A stretch of DNA of 60,061 nucleotides, filler included, from 3 parts of 3 records of this genome joined end to end with filler, not necessarily neighbours in it, one strand, 5' to 3'. Positions 21,335 through 31,127 are shown, numbered from the whole stretch's first letter. The notes: a model not told the origin generated them from the letters alone. Program-made: numbers and translations.

Positions 21335-22675
21335 ATGCCCGATACACCACAAGCGCTTTCTGTTAGTCAGTTGAATCAGCGCGCCAAACAGACCCTTGAG
21401 CGCGATGTGGGCGAAGTGTGGGTAGAAGGCGAGCTTTCCAATGTTTCCCGCCCGGCGTCTGGGCATATTTACTTCACCTTGAAGGATGACCGTGCACAAA
21501 TTCGCTGTGCGCTGTTTCGCCAACGGGCGCGTTTTGTGGCAGCACCGATGCGCGATGGCGATCAGGTTAAGCTGCGCGGTAGGGTCTCGCTGTTCGAACC
21601 GCGCGGCGATTATCAGTTGATTGCCGACGCCGTACAGGCGGCGGGCTTGGGGGAACTGCTGGCGGCGTTTGAGCGCCTAAAAGCGCAGTTGGAGGGCGAA
21701 GGCGTGTTTGCCAATACGCGCCCCCTGCCCTTTCCTCCGCGTAAAATTTTGATATTGAGTTCCGCCAGCGGCGCAGCGATTCGTGATGTGTTGGCAGTGC
21801 TGGCGGCGCGCTGGCCACTGGCAGATGTCACGCTGATTCCGGTGCCTGTACAAGGCAACGAGGCCGCCCCTGCGATGATTTCGGCACTGGGGTTACTGAA
21901 CCGACAGGCGCGCTTAGACCCTGACCAGGATGTGGTGCTGATCACCCGCGGCGGCGGTAGCTTAGAAGACCTGTGGGCGTTTAATAACGAGCATCTGGCA
22001 CGGGCGATTTTCCACTCCCGCTTGCCGGTGATGTCGGCGGTGGGTCACGAAGTGGATGTCACCCTGGCGGATTTCGCCGCCGATATACGCGCCCCCACCC
22101 CGTCAGCAGCGGCCGAGCGTTTGGTGCCTGACCAGCATGCGCTTAAACAGCAATTAACCCAGGCCGAAAACCGCTTACAGCGTGCCATGCAGGCACGCTT
22201 AGAGCGCGATAGCCAACGGTTGGATACCTTGCGCGCCCGCCTTCGCCACCCAGGCGAGCAGCTTGAGCGTCAACGCCAGCACGTTACCGCCCTTTGCCAA
22301 CGGCTACAGCGCGCCATGCAGCAAACCGTTCAGCAGCAGCAAATGCGGGTCACTCAGTTAAGCAAACGCTTAGCCTGCCAGGACATGGTGCGCCTGCACC
22401 GCGCAGAGCAAGAGCGTGTTAGTCGGCTGCAGCGCCGTTTAGCCAGCGCTATGCAGCGAGCATTGGAAGTGCGTCAGGCACGCTTGAGTAGCGCCGCCCG
22501 TGAGCTAAATGCCATCAGCCCGCTTGCGGTGTTGGGACGTGGCTATGCCATTGCCCAGGATGAAAAAGGCCAGGTTATCCGCCGGGCAGAGGACACCGCG
22601 CCAGGCCAGAAGCTCTCGCTACGGCTGGGTGAAGGTCGGCTAAACGTAGAGGTAAAACGGCGCTACAAGCAGTAG
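21335..22675 (+). CDS. xseA: Exodeoxyribonuclease VII large subunit
   Basis: SGHIYFTLKD, RGGGSLEDLWAFN, VGHEVD and APTPSAAAE motifs; divergent from guaB. Confidence 0.96.
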   Translation: MPDTPQALSVSQLNQRAKQTLERDVGEVWVEGELSNVSRPASGHIYFTLKDDRAQIRCALFRQRARFVAAPMRDGDQVKLRGRVSLFEPRGDYQLIADAVQAAGLGELLAAFERLKAQLEGEGVFANTRPLPFPPRKILILSSASGAAIRDVLAVLAARWPLADVTLIPVPVQGNEAAPAMISALGLLNRQARLDPDQDVVLITRGGGSLEDLWAFNNEHLARAIFHSRLPVMSAVGHEVDVTLADFAADIRAPTPSAAAERLVPDQHALKQQLTQAENRLQRAMQARLERDSQRLDTLRARLRHPGEQLERQRQHVTALCQRLQRAMQQTVQQQQMRVTQLSKRLACQDMVRLHRAEQERVSRLQRRLASAMQRALEVRQARLSSAARELNAISPLAVLGRGYAIAQDEKGQVIRRAEDTAPGQKLSLRLGEGRLNVEVKRRYKQ

Positions 22676-22730
22676 CGCTGTGGGAATAACATCTTATTGA
22701 AGGGCGGTTACACTTGCTTATGATGCTTCC

Positions 22731-22830
22731 TATCCCATGATGACCATCATGGGACTATCGGTTGACTGGCCACGCTTAATATAACGTGGCAACACTCACT
22801 TCAGCTGCAGCGGGAGGTCTTGCCGCTGAT
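22731..22830 (+). ncRNA. Candidate structured small RNA (three tandem hairpins)
   Basis: Stems at 22733-22754, 22769-22790 and 22808-22828, downstream of TTGAAG-N16-TATGAT; family not recognised. Confidence 0.25.
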
Positions 22831-22864
22831 GGCGCACGATTTGCCCCTCACGAATCACTACGCT

Positions 22865-24181
22865 CTACCCTGCCAGCGTCTTCACCAACACCTTGGATTT
22901 TCGGGCGTGGTTGTAGGCTTCGCGTTTTAGCGGTGGCAGATCATCTAGGCTAGCGGCACGGAAGCCGTGTTCGACAAACCAGTGAGCCGTGTGGGTAGTT
23001 AACACAAACATTTCGGAAAGCCCACGCTGCCGGGCACGGCGTTCTAACGCTTCCACTAAGCGCTCGCCGCGCTCACCGCCGCGATAGTTACCGTGCACCG
23101 CGACACAGGCCATTTCCCCCACAGTGGTGTCTGGAAAAACATGCAATGCTGCACAGCCAATCACCATGCCATCACGTTCGATGACCATGTAGTCGTCGAT
23201 TTCGTGCTCTAGGCGTTCCCGCGAACGAGCCACCAACATGCCACGTCGCTCCAGCGGCTCCAGCAGCTCTAGCAGGCCAGCGACGTCGTTCAACGTGGCT
23301 GGGCGCAGTTGCTCGTAGCGGTGCTGAGTGATCATGGTGCCAACGCCGTCACGGGTGAACAGTTCCCCTAACAGCGCATCGTGGTTGCGCCAGGAAAGCA
23401 GGTGGGTGCGCGCCACCCCTTCTCTGGCGGCGGTGCAGGCGGCGTTCAAGTGGCGTGCCAGCTCACTGCCCGGTAACGCCTGCTGCAGGCGCGGCTCGGC
23501 CTCTGCCGGGGAAAGCTGGCGCAATAGCGCACCCTGCTCGTCTTCAAGCCCTTCCGACTCGCCTAATAGAATCAGCTTATCCGCTTTCAGCGCGACGGCA
23601 GCCTGTTGTGCGACTTCCGAGGCATCTAAATCAAACACTTCACCTGTGCTGGAGAAGCCCAGCGGCGGCAGCAGCACCAGTGAGCCTTTTTCCAACAGCC
23701 CTTCAATAGCGCTCGAACGCACTCGGCGGACTTCACCACTGTGATCAAAATCGATGCCTTCACGCACCCCTAATGGCTTAGCGGTCACCAAGTTGCCGGA
23801 AATCACGCTAAGCTCTACACCGTGTAGTGGCGTGCTAGGCAGCCCCAAGGAAAGACGCGCTTCTAGCCATAAGCGCTGGTGCGCGGCCACCTGTTCCACG
23901 TGGGCCATCACCGCTCGGTCAGCTACCCAACGGCCATCCACACGTGTTGGCTCGACACCGGCAGCCGTCAATGCGTCATGCACTTGTGGGCGAATACCAA
24001 ACACCACAACTAGCCGCACCCCCAGGGTGTGTAGCAGCGCCAAATCTTGAATCAGCTGCTCTCCTCGGCCAGACGCCATGGCTTCGCCCTCAATTAAGAT
24101 GACAAAGGTTCGTCCCCGGTGCGCGTTAATGTAAGGGGAAGCGTTACGAAACCAATCAACAAAAGGGAAGCGTGTGTCCAA
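22865..24181 (-). CDS. argA: Amino-acid N-acetyltransferase (N-acetylglutamate synthase)
   Basis: WFRNASPYINAHRGRTFV, ELFTRDGVGT, C-terminal GNAT domain. Confidence 0.95.
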   Translation of the reverse strand: MDTRFPFVDWFRNASPYINAHRGRTFVILIEGEAMASGRGEQLIQDLALLHTLGVRLVVVFGIRPQVHDALTAAGVEPTRVDGRWVADRAVMAHVEQVAAHQRLWLEARLSLGLPSTPLHGVELSVISGNLVTAKPLGVREGIDFDHSGEVRRVRSSAIEGLLEKGSLVLLPPLGFSSTGEVFDLDASEVAQQAAVALKADKLILLGESEGLEDEQGALLRQLSPAEAEPRLQQALPGSELARHLNAACTAAREGVARTHLLSWRNHDALLGELFTRDGVGTMITQHRYEQLRPATLNDVAGLLELLEPLERRGMLVARSRERLEHEIDDYMVIERDGMVIGCAALHVFPDTTVGEMACVAVHGNYRGGERGERLVEALERRARQRGLSEMFVLTTHTAHWFVEHGFRAASLDDLPPLKREAYNHARKSKVLVKTLAG

Positions 24182-24239
24182 GGGCCGCTCTCCGGCAGCA
24201 GGTGAATGAAAGTATCAGCGTTTACTTTAACAGAGCATA

Positions 24240-24281
24240 AAAAACAGCGGCACCTTCTTGTGTAAAAGAAGATGCCGCTGT
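24240..24281 (-). terminator. Terminator after the Pit transporter gene
   Basis: ACAGCGGCACCTTCTT...AAGAAGATGCCGCTGT stem with A-run on the left (U tail on minus strand). Confidence 0.75.
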
Positions 24282-24327
24282 GCGTTTGGCCAAGCAGTCA
24301 CGTATAGGGCGGGGTTATCCCTTGCTG

Positions 24328-25593
24328 TTAACCAAACATGCCTTTGAACATAAAGAAGAACAGAATAGCCAAACCAGCCCCGGCAGGTAGCGTAATCAGC
24401 CAGGACATGGCGATGGTGCCAATAACACGCAGGTTAAGCGCCGCCATACCCCGGGCAAGCCCTACGCCTAATATCGCCCCCACCAATGTGTGGGTGGTTG
24501 AAATTGGCAGACCCGTGCCGGAAGCTAATACTACTGTGGTCGCGGCTGCCAGCGTGGCGGCAAAGCCACGGCTGGGAGTGAGTTCAGTAATACCGGTTCC
24601 CACGGTGGCAATGACTTTGTGGCCGTAAGTTACTAAGCCCACCACGATGCCAGCACCGCCCAGTACCAATACCCACCAGGGCACTAGCGCAGAGCCTTCA
24701 ATTTGGCCGCCAGTTTGCACCACGCTAATGACCGCCGCTAGCGGGCCAACCGCGTTCGCAACGTCGTTAGAGCCGTGAGCAAACGCCATGGCACACGCAG
24801 TAAAGATCATTAATACGCCGAAGACCCGTTCAACGTTGGCGTATCCAAAGTGGTCGTTGACATTTTTCTCGAACTTGATACGACGCTGCATCACCAGGCC
24901 TACACCCATGATCACAAGTCCTAACAAGATAGACAGCAGCAGGCTTTGACTAAAGGTCAGGTCCAGCCCAACGTGGGACAGACCTTTGGTTAGCGTGACC
25001 ATCGCCACAATAAAACCAACCAAAAATACGTAGCCCGGTACATAGCGTTTGGCAGCCGTGAAGGGATTATCATTTTCAAAAATCAGGTGGTGCACTGATT
25101 TGAACAGCACGAAGCCGATAGTACCCGCTAAAAGAGGAGAAACGACCCAGCTTGCTGCAATGGTGCCAACAGCGCCCCAATCAACCGTAGAGGCACCCAA
25201 TCCCGCTACGGCAAAGCCCACAATGGCGCCTACAATGGAATGCGTCGTGGAAACCGGCCAACCTTTCATCGATGCTGCCAGTAACCAAGTACCCGCTGCT
25301 AGCAGCGCTGATAACATACCGTACACTAGTAACTGTGGATCTTCCTGGAGCAATTCTGGGTCGATAATGCCTTTACGAATGGTGTTGGTCACCTCACCAC
25401 CCGCCAGCCATGCGCCTAAAAATTCAAAGACTACCGCAATCAAAATTGCTTGTTTGATGGTGATCGCTTTCGACCCCACCGAGGTCCCCATCGCATTGGC
25501 AACATCATTCGCGCCAACGCCCCAAGCCATAAAAAAGCCAAACAAACAGGCCAGGATGATAAAAATTTCACCGTGCTGGGCAATAATCTGCAT
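24328..25593 (-). CDS. PiT-family inorganic phosphate transporter
   Basis: GANDVANAMGT, PVSTTHS, HGSNDVANA and PISTTH signature motifs. Confidence 0.93.
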   Translation of the reverse strand: MQIIAQHGEIFIILACLFGFFMAWGVGANDVANAMGTSVGSKAITIKQAILIAVVFEFLGAWLAGGEVTNTIRKGIIDPELLQEDPQLLVYGMLSALLAAGTWLLAASMKGWPVSTTHSIVGAIVGFAVAGLGASTVDWGAVGTIAASWVVSPLLAGTIGFVLFKSVHHLIFENDNPFTAAKRYVPGYVFLVGFIVAMVTLTKGLSHVGLDLTFSQSLLLSILLGLVIMGVGLVMQRRIKFEKNVNDHFGYANVERVFGVLMIFTACAMAFAHGSNDVANAVGPLAAVISVVQTGGQIEGSALVPWWVLVLGGAGIVVGLVTYGHKVIATVGTGITELTPSRGFAATLAAATTVVLASGTGLPISTTHTLVGAILGVGLARGMAALNLRVIGTIAMSWLITLPAGAGLAILFFFMFKGMFG

Positions 25594-25602
25594 GGGTACC
25601 CC

Positions 25603-26283
25603 TTAGCGTGCGGTCAAAATCTGTAGGCGGCTGCCCACGCGTTCAGCGCGATCAGAAACTTCACCGACCCACTCAATGATTTTGTAAAGGAAAATCACAT
25701 CAACAGGCGGAAGTTGGCTTTCAAGCTCAAACAGTTGGCGACGTATCGCGATCTGCTGGCTGTCGGCTTGGTGCTCAAGTGTGTGCAGCTCACGGATCAT
25801 ATTCTGGATAACATCGGAAACATTGCGTCCAAAACCGGACTCAAGCAGCTCTTTCAGCTCTTCAAGCGCTTGGCGAGCCTGGGACACACACGCCACGCTG
25901 GTACGCATATAATCGCGCATGGGATCGGCCAACTCATTGGGCACACGCATTTTACGCCCCAGCATAATGCCGGTAATGTCGCGCACCTTGTTGGCGATTT
26001 TATCCTGCACGCTGATAAGGTCGAGCAAGTCAGACCGCGAGACGGGAAGGAACATCGTATTGGGCAGGTTAAGCCGAAGCTCTGTTTTCAACGTGTCGGC
26101 GTCATGCTCTAAGCGGGTAACGTTTTCACGCAGTACAGCTGCGGTATCCCAATCACCGGCAAGCGATGCTTCGAAGAACGGCAACAGTTGGTCGGCACAT
26201 TCATTGGCCTTGACGATGTGGGCCAGCAGCGGCTGGAATGGCGAGCGGCCAAACATCGCGGAAAAAGGGTTGGAGGTAACCAT
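25603..26283 (-). CDS. DUF47/TIGR00153 PhoU-like Pit accessory protein
   Basis: FGRSPF, LEHDAD, LPVSRSDLL and QDKIAN motifs; operonic with Pit. Confidence 0.9.
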   Translation of the reverse strand: MVTSNPFSAMFGRSPFQPLLAHIVKANECADQLLPFFEASLAGDWDTAAVLRENVTRLEHDADTLKTELRLNLPNTMFLPVSRSDLLDLISVQDKIANKVRDITGIMLGRKMRVPNELADPMRDYMRTSVACVSQARQALEELKELLESGFGRNVSDVIQNMIRELHTLEHQADSQQIAIRRQLFELESQLPPVDVIFLYKIIEWVGEVSDRAERVGSRLQILTAR

Positions 26284-26349
26284 ATAGCCTTTAGCCTGTT
26301 TTCGGGGAGCCTGGAAATGGCGGCGCCAGTATAAAGAGTGCGCTCGCTG

Positions 26350-26428
26350 CCGTCATGAAAAGTTCACAATGTCATGAAAAATTAATTGAAACGTCACAAT
26401 ACAAAGGTGGCTAATGTCATGAAAAATT
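26350..26428 (+). promoter_or_regulatory. PHO-box-like 11-bp-phased repeats and a 16-bp direct repeat
   Basis: GTCAT(26352)/TTCAC(26363); GTCAT(26371)/TTAAT(26382)/GTCAC(26393); AATGTCATGAAAAATT at 26368 and 26413. Confidence 0.55.
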
Positions 26429-27327
26429 CAACATCTACTGCTGATTCTGTTTCAGCGCCTACCGAAATAGAGCTTAAACTCGCCCTTGCGCCAGCTCAAC
26501 TAAACACGCTGCTGTGCCACGCGGCACTAGCCGAAACACCCCAACGTCAACATCTGTCGAACACCTATTTCGATACCCCTGCGGGCGATATGGCGAATGC
26601 ACGGATTGCCGTGCGCTTACGCCAAGTTGATGATCGCGTGCTGCAAACGGTGAAAACCGCCGGCCATGGTGGTGGCGGCCTTTCTACCCGACAAGAGTGG
26701 GAGTGGCAAGTTCCTAGCCCACAGCTTGACCAGCATGGCTTGGCTGCCCTACCGCCGTTCAACGGATCACTAGGCACCGTCATTTCCGCGCTACGACCTG
26801 CGCTGCGCACCGACTTTACCCGGCGCAGCTGGCAAATCGACTGGCAGGGTAGCCATATCGAGCTCGTGCTGGACGAAGGAGAGATTGTCAGCGGTGGTAC
26901 TCAAGCGGCTATTTGCGAGGTCGAGCTGGAACTAAAAGCGGGTGAGCCAGAGGCGCTTTGGGGGCTAGCATTAACGCTCGCGGAAAGCGTACCGCTGCGC
27001 CCTTCGGATACCAGCAAAGCCGCTCGCGGCAATGCGTTAGGCGTGCAGCAGTGGTCACTACCTGAAGCGGACGCACCGGCTGAGTGGCTACACAGAGCCA
27101 CAGTGGCGCTGGACGCCTACCACGACAGTGGCCTTGTGGAACACTTAACCATCGCACAACAGGCGTTAGCCACACTGGCGACTCATCCGCAGTTGGATGA
27201 AAGTACCCGCCGCAACGCTCAGACGCTGACCACAGCACTGACTGAAAATGGCCACCCAACGCCCGCTTATGGCGCTGCTGCGTTAACCCTGGCGCATCGC
27301 TTCGCCTATCAAACCACGCTACGCTAG
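26419..27327 (+). CDS. CYTH-domain protein (inorganic triphosphatase YgiF-like)
   Basis: EIELK, NTYFDTP, QTVKTAG, R.EWE, EVELELK and SKAARG motifs. Confidence 0.88.
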   Translation: MKNSTSTADSVSAPTEIELKLALAPAQLNTLLCHAALAETPQRQHLSNTYFDTPAGDMANARIAVRLRQVDDRVLQTVKTAGHGGGGLSTRQEWEWQVPSPQLDQHGLAALPPFNGSLGTVISALRPALRTDFTRRSWQIDWQGSHIELVLDEGEIVSGGTQAAICEVELELKAGEPEALWGLALTLAESVPLRPSDTSKAARGNALGVQQWSLPEADAPAEWLHRATVALDAYHDSGLVEHLTIAQQALATLATHPQLDESTRRNAQTLTTALTENGHPTPAYGAAALTLAHRFAYQTTLR

Positions 27328-27356
27328 AAACATTCAGCCCACTTCAGGATGTCGCG

Positions 27357-28280
27357 ATGAGTTTTCAATTAACTCCCGGTGCAGAAGGACTGCGCACAAG
27401 GCTTTTCCATATTATTTTCGAGTCCGATACGCCGGGAGCCAAAGGGTTTGATATTGCGCTGATTATCGCCATTTTAATCAGCGTGGCGGTCATCTTGCTG
27501 GACAGCGTAGATAGTTATTCCGAACGCTACGGGCACATTTTTTACTATGCAGAGTGGCTATTTACGCTACTTTTCAGCATTGAACTGGCGGTGCGGATTT
27601 ACTGTTTAGAGCGCCCAACGATTTACCTCAAAAGCTTCTACGGCATTGTCGATGTGATTGCGATTATGCCAGCCTGGTTAGTCCTGCTGGTGCCTGGTGC
27701 CCACGGGCTGGTCATCGTACGGGTACTGCGGGTGCTACGCATTTTCCGGATTTTGAGATTGATGGAGTTTATAGGCGAGGGGCGTTTACTGCTCGATGCG
27801 CTTAAACGCAGCCTTCGTCAAATCCTGCTGTTTTTTAGCAGCATCATGATGGTCGTCATACTGTTTGCTGCGCTGATGTACACCATCGAGTCTCCAGAAG
27901 CCGGTTTTACCAGCATTCCGATGTCGATGTATTGGGCGATCGTGAGTATGACCACGGTAGGCTACGGCGATATTGTCCCCGCCACGTCGATAGGCAAAGC
28001 GATCACGATGATTCTGATGCTGCTGGGGTATTCGATCATTGCCGTGCCTACCGGGGTATTTTCCGCCCAGGTAATCCGCTCTATTCGCGAAGACCGTTAT
28101 TCAGAAGAAGCCTGCCCCGGCTGTGGCCATGACCGCCATGAAAAGCGCGCTCGTTACTGCCTGCGCTGTGGCACCTGGCTGGATGAAGACAGCGAAGACC
28201 CGCGTAAGAAAGCAGCAGACCAAAAAGAAAAAGATAGCCACGGGGGAGACGAAGACACAAACACGCCCCAGGACAGCTAA
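27357..28280 (+). CDS. Voltage-gated-type potassium channel with C-terminal Zn ribbon
   Basis: S4 segment RVLRVLRIFRILRL, TTVGYGD filter, CPGC...CLRC. Confidence 0.92.
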   Translation: MSFQLTPGAEGLRTRLFHIIFESDTPGAKGFDIALIIAILISVAVILLDSVDSYSERYGHIFYYAEWLFTLLFSIELAVRIYCLERPTIYLKSFYGIVDVIAIMPAWLVLLVPGAHGLVIVRVLRVLRIFRILRLMEFIGEGRLLLDALKRSLRQILLFFSSIMMVVILFAALMYTIESPEAGFTSIPMSMYWAIVSMTTVGYGDIVPATSIGKAITMILMLLGYSIIAVPTGVFSAQVIRSIREDRYSEEACPGCGHDRHEKRARYCLRCGTWLDEDSEDPRKKAADQKEKDSHGGDEDTNTPQDS

Positions 28281-28355
28281 TCAAAATAGCCAAACCCAGG
28301 GCGCGCAGTAATTCATTTAGGGGGAATTGCGTGGTTAGCTAGGCCGCTACGTTGA

Positions 28356-29780
28356 TCAATCCGTGCTTAGGTCAGCCTCGATAATAAACAGGCGACCGCC
28401 ATCCACAGTGTTGGCGTCCAGCATTTTCTGCTCGAGTTGACCATCAGTGGACCAAGTGGCGAAGTCATCATCGTTCAGTACCCCCAAGCGTTGGTCATCA
28501 ATCACCCATAGACCTTCCATTTTATCGTGGGGATAGTTGACTTCCGCCACCATATCCACCACCAGAGACTTGCTCACTGGCTCAATTCCAGCGCTGGCCA
28601 GAGCGCCCCATCCCTGCTCTAGAACCACTTCTTCCAAGGTTTTGCCTGCCAAGGTTAGCCCCAGTTCGGCATCCTGTTTCAGGTCGCCGTTGGCTGAGAC
28701 CGCTTCAAGATTGGTGCCCAAGGCAAGGTCAATGCGATAAACCTGCTTCTGAGCATCGGGCGCCGCAGCCTCAGCACCGTCGGGGCCACCGCTCAGAAAG
28801 CGGCCATCTCGCTCAAGCACCAAAAACTCAGTGGCGCTCAGCGCAACAAGCTCCGAGTTGGAATTCTGGTTTTGCTCTTGGCGGTAGAGGTACTGTCCAG
28901 TCTCGCCCGAGTCCAGGTCCACTGTGACAATGCGGGTGATATCCAGGTCTTTCACCGTACTGCCCGGGTTGTACAGAGTGGACTGCATAATGCCTACCAG
29001 CGTTTTCTCATCCGGCGTGATAGCCAGCCCTTCCATACCTCGATTGGCACGCCGGTTGGCAAACTCTGCTGGCAGGTTCATCTCGACCCGGTCGTCGTCG
29101 GCGAAGGGGTTGATACGGCCGATTTCACGACCTTCGGCATCGAAGTGGACCATGTGCGGGCCATACTCATCGCTAACCCAGAAGGTGCCGTCCGATAGTG
29201 CCACCAGCCCCTCGCCATCCAGACCATAATCATCCAAGCGGATCGGATTAGTGGCTTCATTATAGGGCTGGCTATCGTCCACTAAGATCGGTTGACCATT
29301 GGCATGGTAAGGGGTTTCACCCGTTCCGCCGAGTGCCAAACTGTTAGGCAGGCCACTGATCTCGGTTCCATCGGGGCGCTTGAGCAGAATGGTAGTAACC
29401 TGTTCGATCACACCGTTCGCTTGAAGCTCAAACAGGCCGATACGGGGCGTATAGTCCGGTGTCGGAAATATTTTCCCCTTGCCATAGTCACCAACAAAAT
29501 TGGCATTGGGGCCGCGGTCAGTCAATGCATAGAAGCGCGTTGAATCCGTGGGATGAGCCGTCATTGCCGACCCAAAGCCGCCATTACGTATCTCAAAAGC
29601 CTGCTGAGATTTGCCATCTAGTAGATCATCCCGTAATACGCTGTGGGGAAGAAACACACCAGCGGCGGGGAAGCTGTCGAACACTGAAGCATTAGTATCA
29701 TCAGCGTTAGCGTTATCACCGCAGCCCACCAGCAGAGAGGACGTCAGTAAGGATGCCATAAAAAGCTTATGACGGTTCAT
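28356..29780 (-). CDS. Phytase-like (esterase-like activity of phytase) lipoprotein
   Basis: Lipobox LLVGC; LTDRGPN, DGEGL, WVSDEYGP, NRGMEGL, DKMEGL and NDDDF motifs. Confidence 0.85.
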   Translation of the reverse strand: MNRHKLFMASLLTSSLLVGCGDNANADDTNASVFDSFPAAGVFLPHSVLRDDLLDGKSQQAFEIRNGGFGSAMTAHPTDSTRFYALTDRGPNANFVGDYGKGKIFPTPDYTPRIGLFELQANGVIEQVTTILLKRPDGTEISGLPNSLALGGTGETPYHANGQPILVDDSQPYNEATNPIRLDDYGLDGEGLVALSDGTFWVSDEYGPHMVHFDAEGREIGRINPFADDDRVEMNLPAEFANRRANRGMEGLAITPDEKTLVGIMQSTLYNPGSTVKDLDITRIVTVDLDSGETGQYLYRQEQNQNSNSELVALSATEFLVLERDGRFLSGGPDGAEAAAPDAQKQVYRIDLALGTNLEAVSANGDLKQDAELGLTLAGKTLEEVVLEQGWGALASAGIEPVSKSLVVDMVAEVNYPHDKMEGLWVIDDQRLGVLNDDDFATWSTDGQLEQKMLDANTVDGGRLFIIEADLSTD

Positions 29781-30003
29781 TGGTTGATTTCCTTATTGAA
29801 TACAGGTTGACGCCCGTTGGCGTCTCAGCCGCCTCCACAGGCACAATTTCCACCGTGACTCAGGGCAAGGCAAGCTACGAAAAGTCTAGTGGCAGGAATA
29901 TCTAATGGGGGTGGCGCCGTCACAGCTGTCTAACTGAAACGCGCTCACACCGACAAGGTTCGATTTGTTATGGCATATCGCTATTGTTCACGGCCACCAC
30001 GAT

Positions 30004-30037
30004 AATTTAGAGACAACCAATGACAGGTTAGTGACTA
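30004..30037 (-). promoter_or_regulatory. PHO-box promoter facing the phytase-like gene
   Basis: Minus strand TAGTCAC-TAAC-CTGTCAT, 10-nt spacer, then TAAATT (-10). Confidence 0.6.
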
Positions 30038-30070
30038 GCGGCACAGGGACAACTTGCGGGGCTAATAAGG

Positions 30071-30098
30071 AAAACGCCCTGGCTATTAACCAGGGCGT
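30071..30098 (-). terminator. Terminator after the acid phosphatase gene
   Basis: ACGCCCTGG-N7-CCAGGGCGT with A-run on the left. Confidence 0.7.
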
Positions 30099-30136
30099 CT
30101 CCTCTATAGTAACGGCACGATGGAAGTGGTTACATT

Positions 30137-30913
30137 TTATTCGCTTTCAAACGGTGCTTCCCACGCGTTAAGCTCCGCGTCGCTCCAGCTTCCGTAACTG
30201 GCATTGGGGAAAACAATCCAGTCTTGACCAAAGCGCTCAGCGTGGTCGTTAACCAGGTCGCGCTGCTCTTCAAGACTTGCGTCGACAAAATCACCCGAGA
30301 AGTCATGCAGCGTATCGCCCAACTGCATCACCAACGTATGACTGTCTTCGACGATAGCGCGACGCTCAGTCTTGGGTGGGCCAAGTAGCATCACGCGCTC
30401 GCCAGATACCTGGGGAAGCTCTAATGCTTCCATAGTGGCCAGCGTATCCGCTTTATTTTCTTGGTAGCGATCCGACACATAGTAGATCGACACACCTTGC
30501 TCATCGGCAAATTCGAGAAAGTCTTTCGCGCCTGGGATCAAACGTGGCTCGCCCTCGCGCTCCCAATGCAACCAAGTATCCCAAGTAGTGAAGTCGTGGC
30601 AGGCCTGCATATCGCGCACTAGCAAAGCGCTATTATCGATGAGCGTCTCATCCACATCGGTAATGATGGCCAAATCGGCACCCTCACCATGCGCCTCAAT
30701 TTGTTTTTCCAAGCGATAGGTCGCCAGCTCAAAGCCTTGGCGCTGTAAAGCAGTTATTTCTGCGGATTGCTGTTGGTAACGAAGCCCCATGGCGTACTCA
30801 ACTTGATCACAAGCGCTAGCGTCGTCGGCTACTGCGTTCCCTGATAAAGGAAGTAGCGCCAAGCTTGCAAATGCGGTTGCAGTGGCAGCGTTGCGGTATC
30901 GAGATATCGTCAT
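30137..30913 (-). CDS. Class C HAD acid phosphatase / 5'-nucleotidase, e(P4) family
   Basis: DVDETLIDNS, YVSDR, GDTLHDF and FPNASYGSW motifs; Sec signal peptide. Confidence 0.88.
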   Translation of the reverse strand: MTISRYRNAATATAFASLALLPLSGNAVADDASACDQVEYAMGLRYQQQSAEITALQRQGFELATYRLEKQIEAHGEGADLAIITDVDETLIDNSALLVRDMQACHDFTTWDTWLHWEREGEPRLIPGAKDFLEFADEQGVSIYYVSDRYQENKADTLATMEALELPQVSGERVMLLGPPKTERRAIVEDSHTLVMQLGDTLHDFSGDFVDASLEEQRDLVNDHAERFGQDWIVFPNASYGSWSDAELNAWEAPFESE

Positions 30914-31127
30914 TAAGCAATCTCCTGTCAGTGATGGTTATCAGGTTAAGAGGGGAATCCCACACCATCCATCATTATTAATTATCAATACTAAGCATAA
31001 TCATCATAATTTATTTTTATTGATCATTCAAATAAGAAAGATAGCGCGCTAAATGAATAAGTTGATACTCATATCATGTTTAACGATTTTGTGGATTTTA
31101 GGTGATGGAGAGACAGGCGGGACGACA

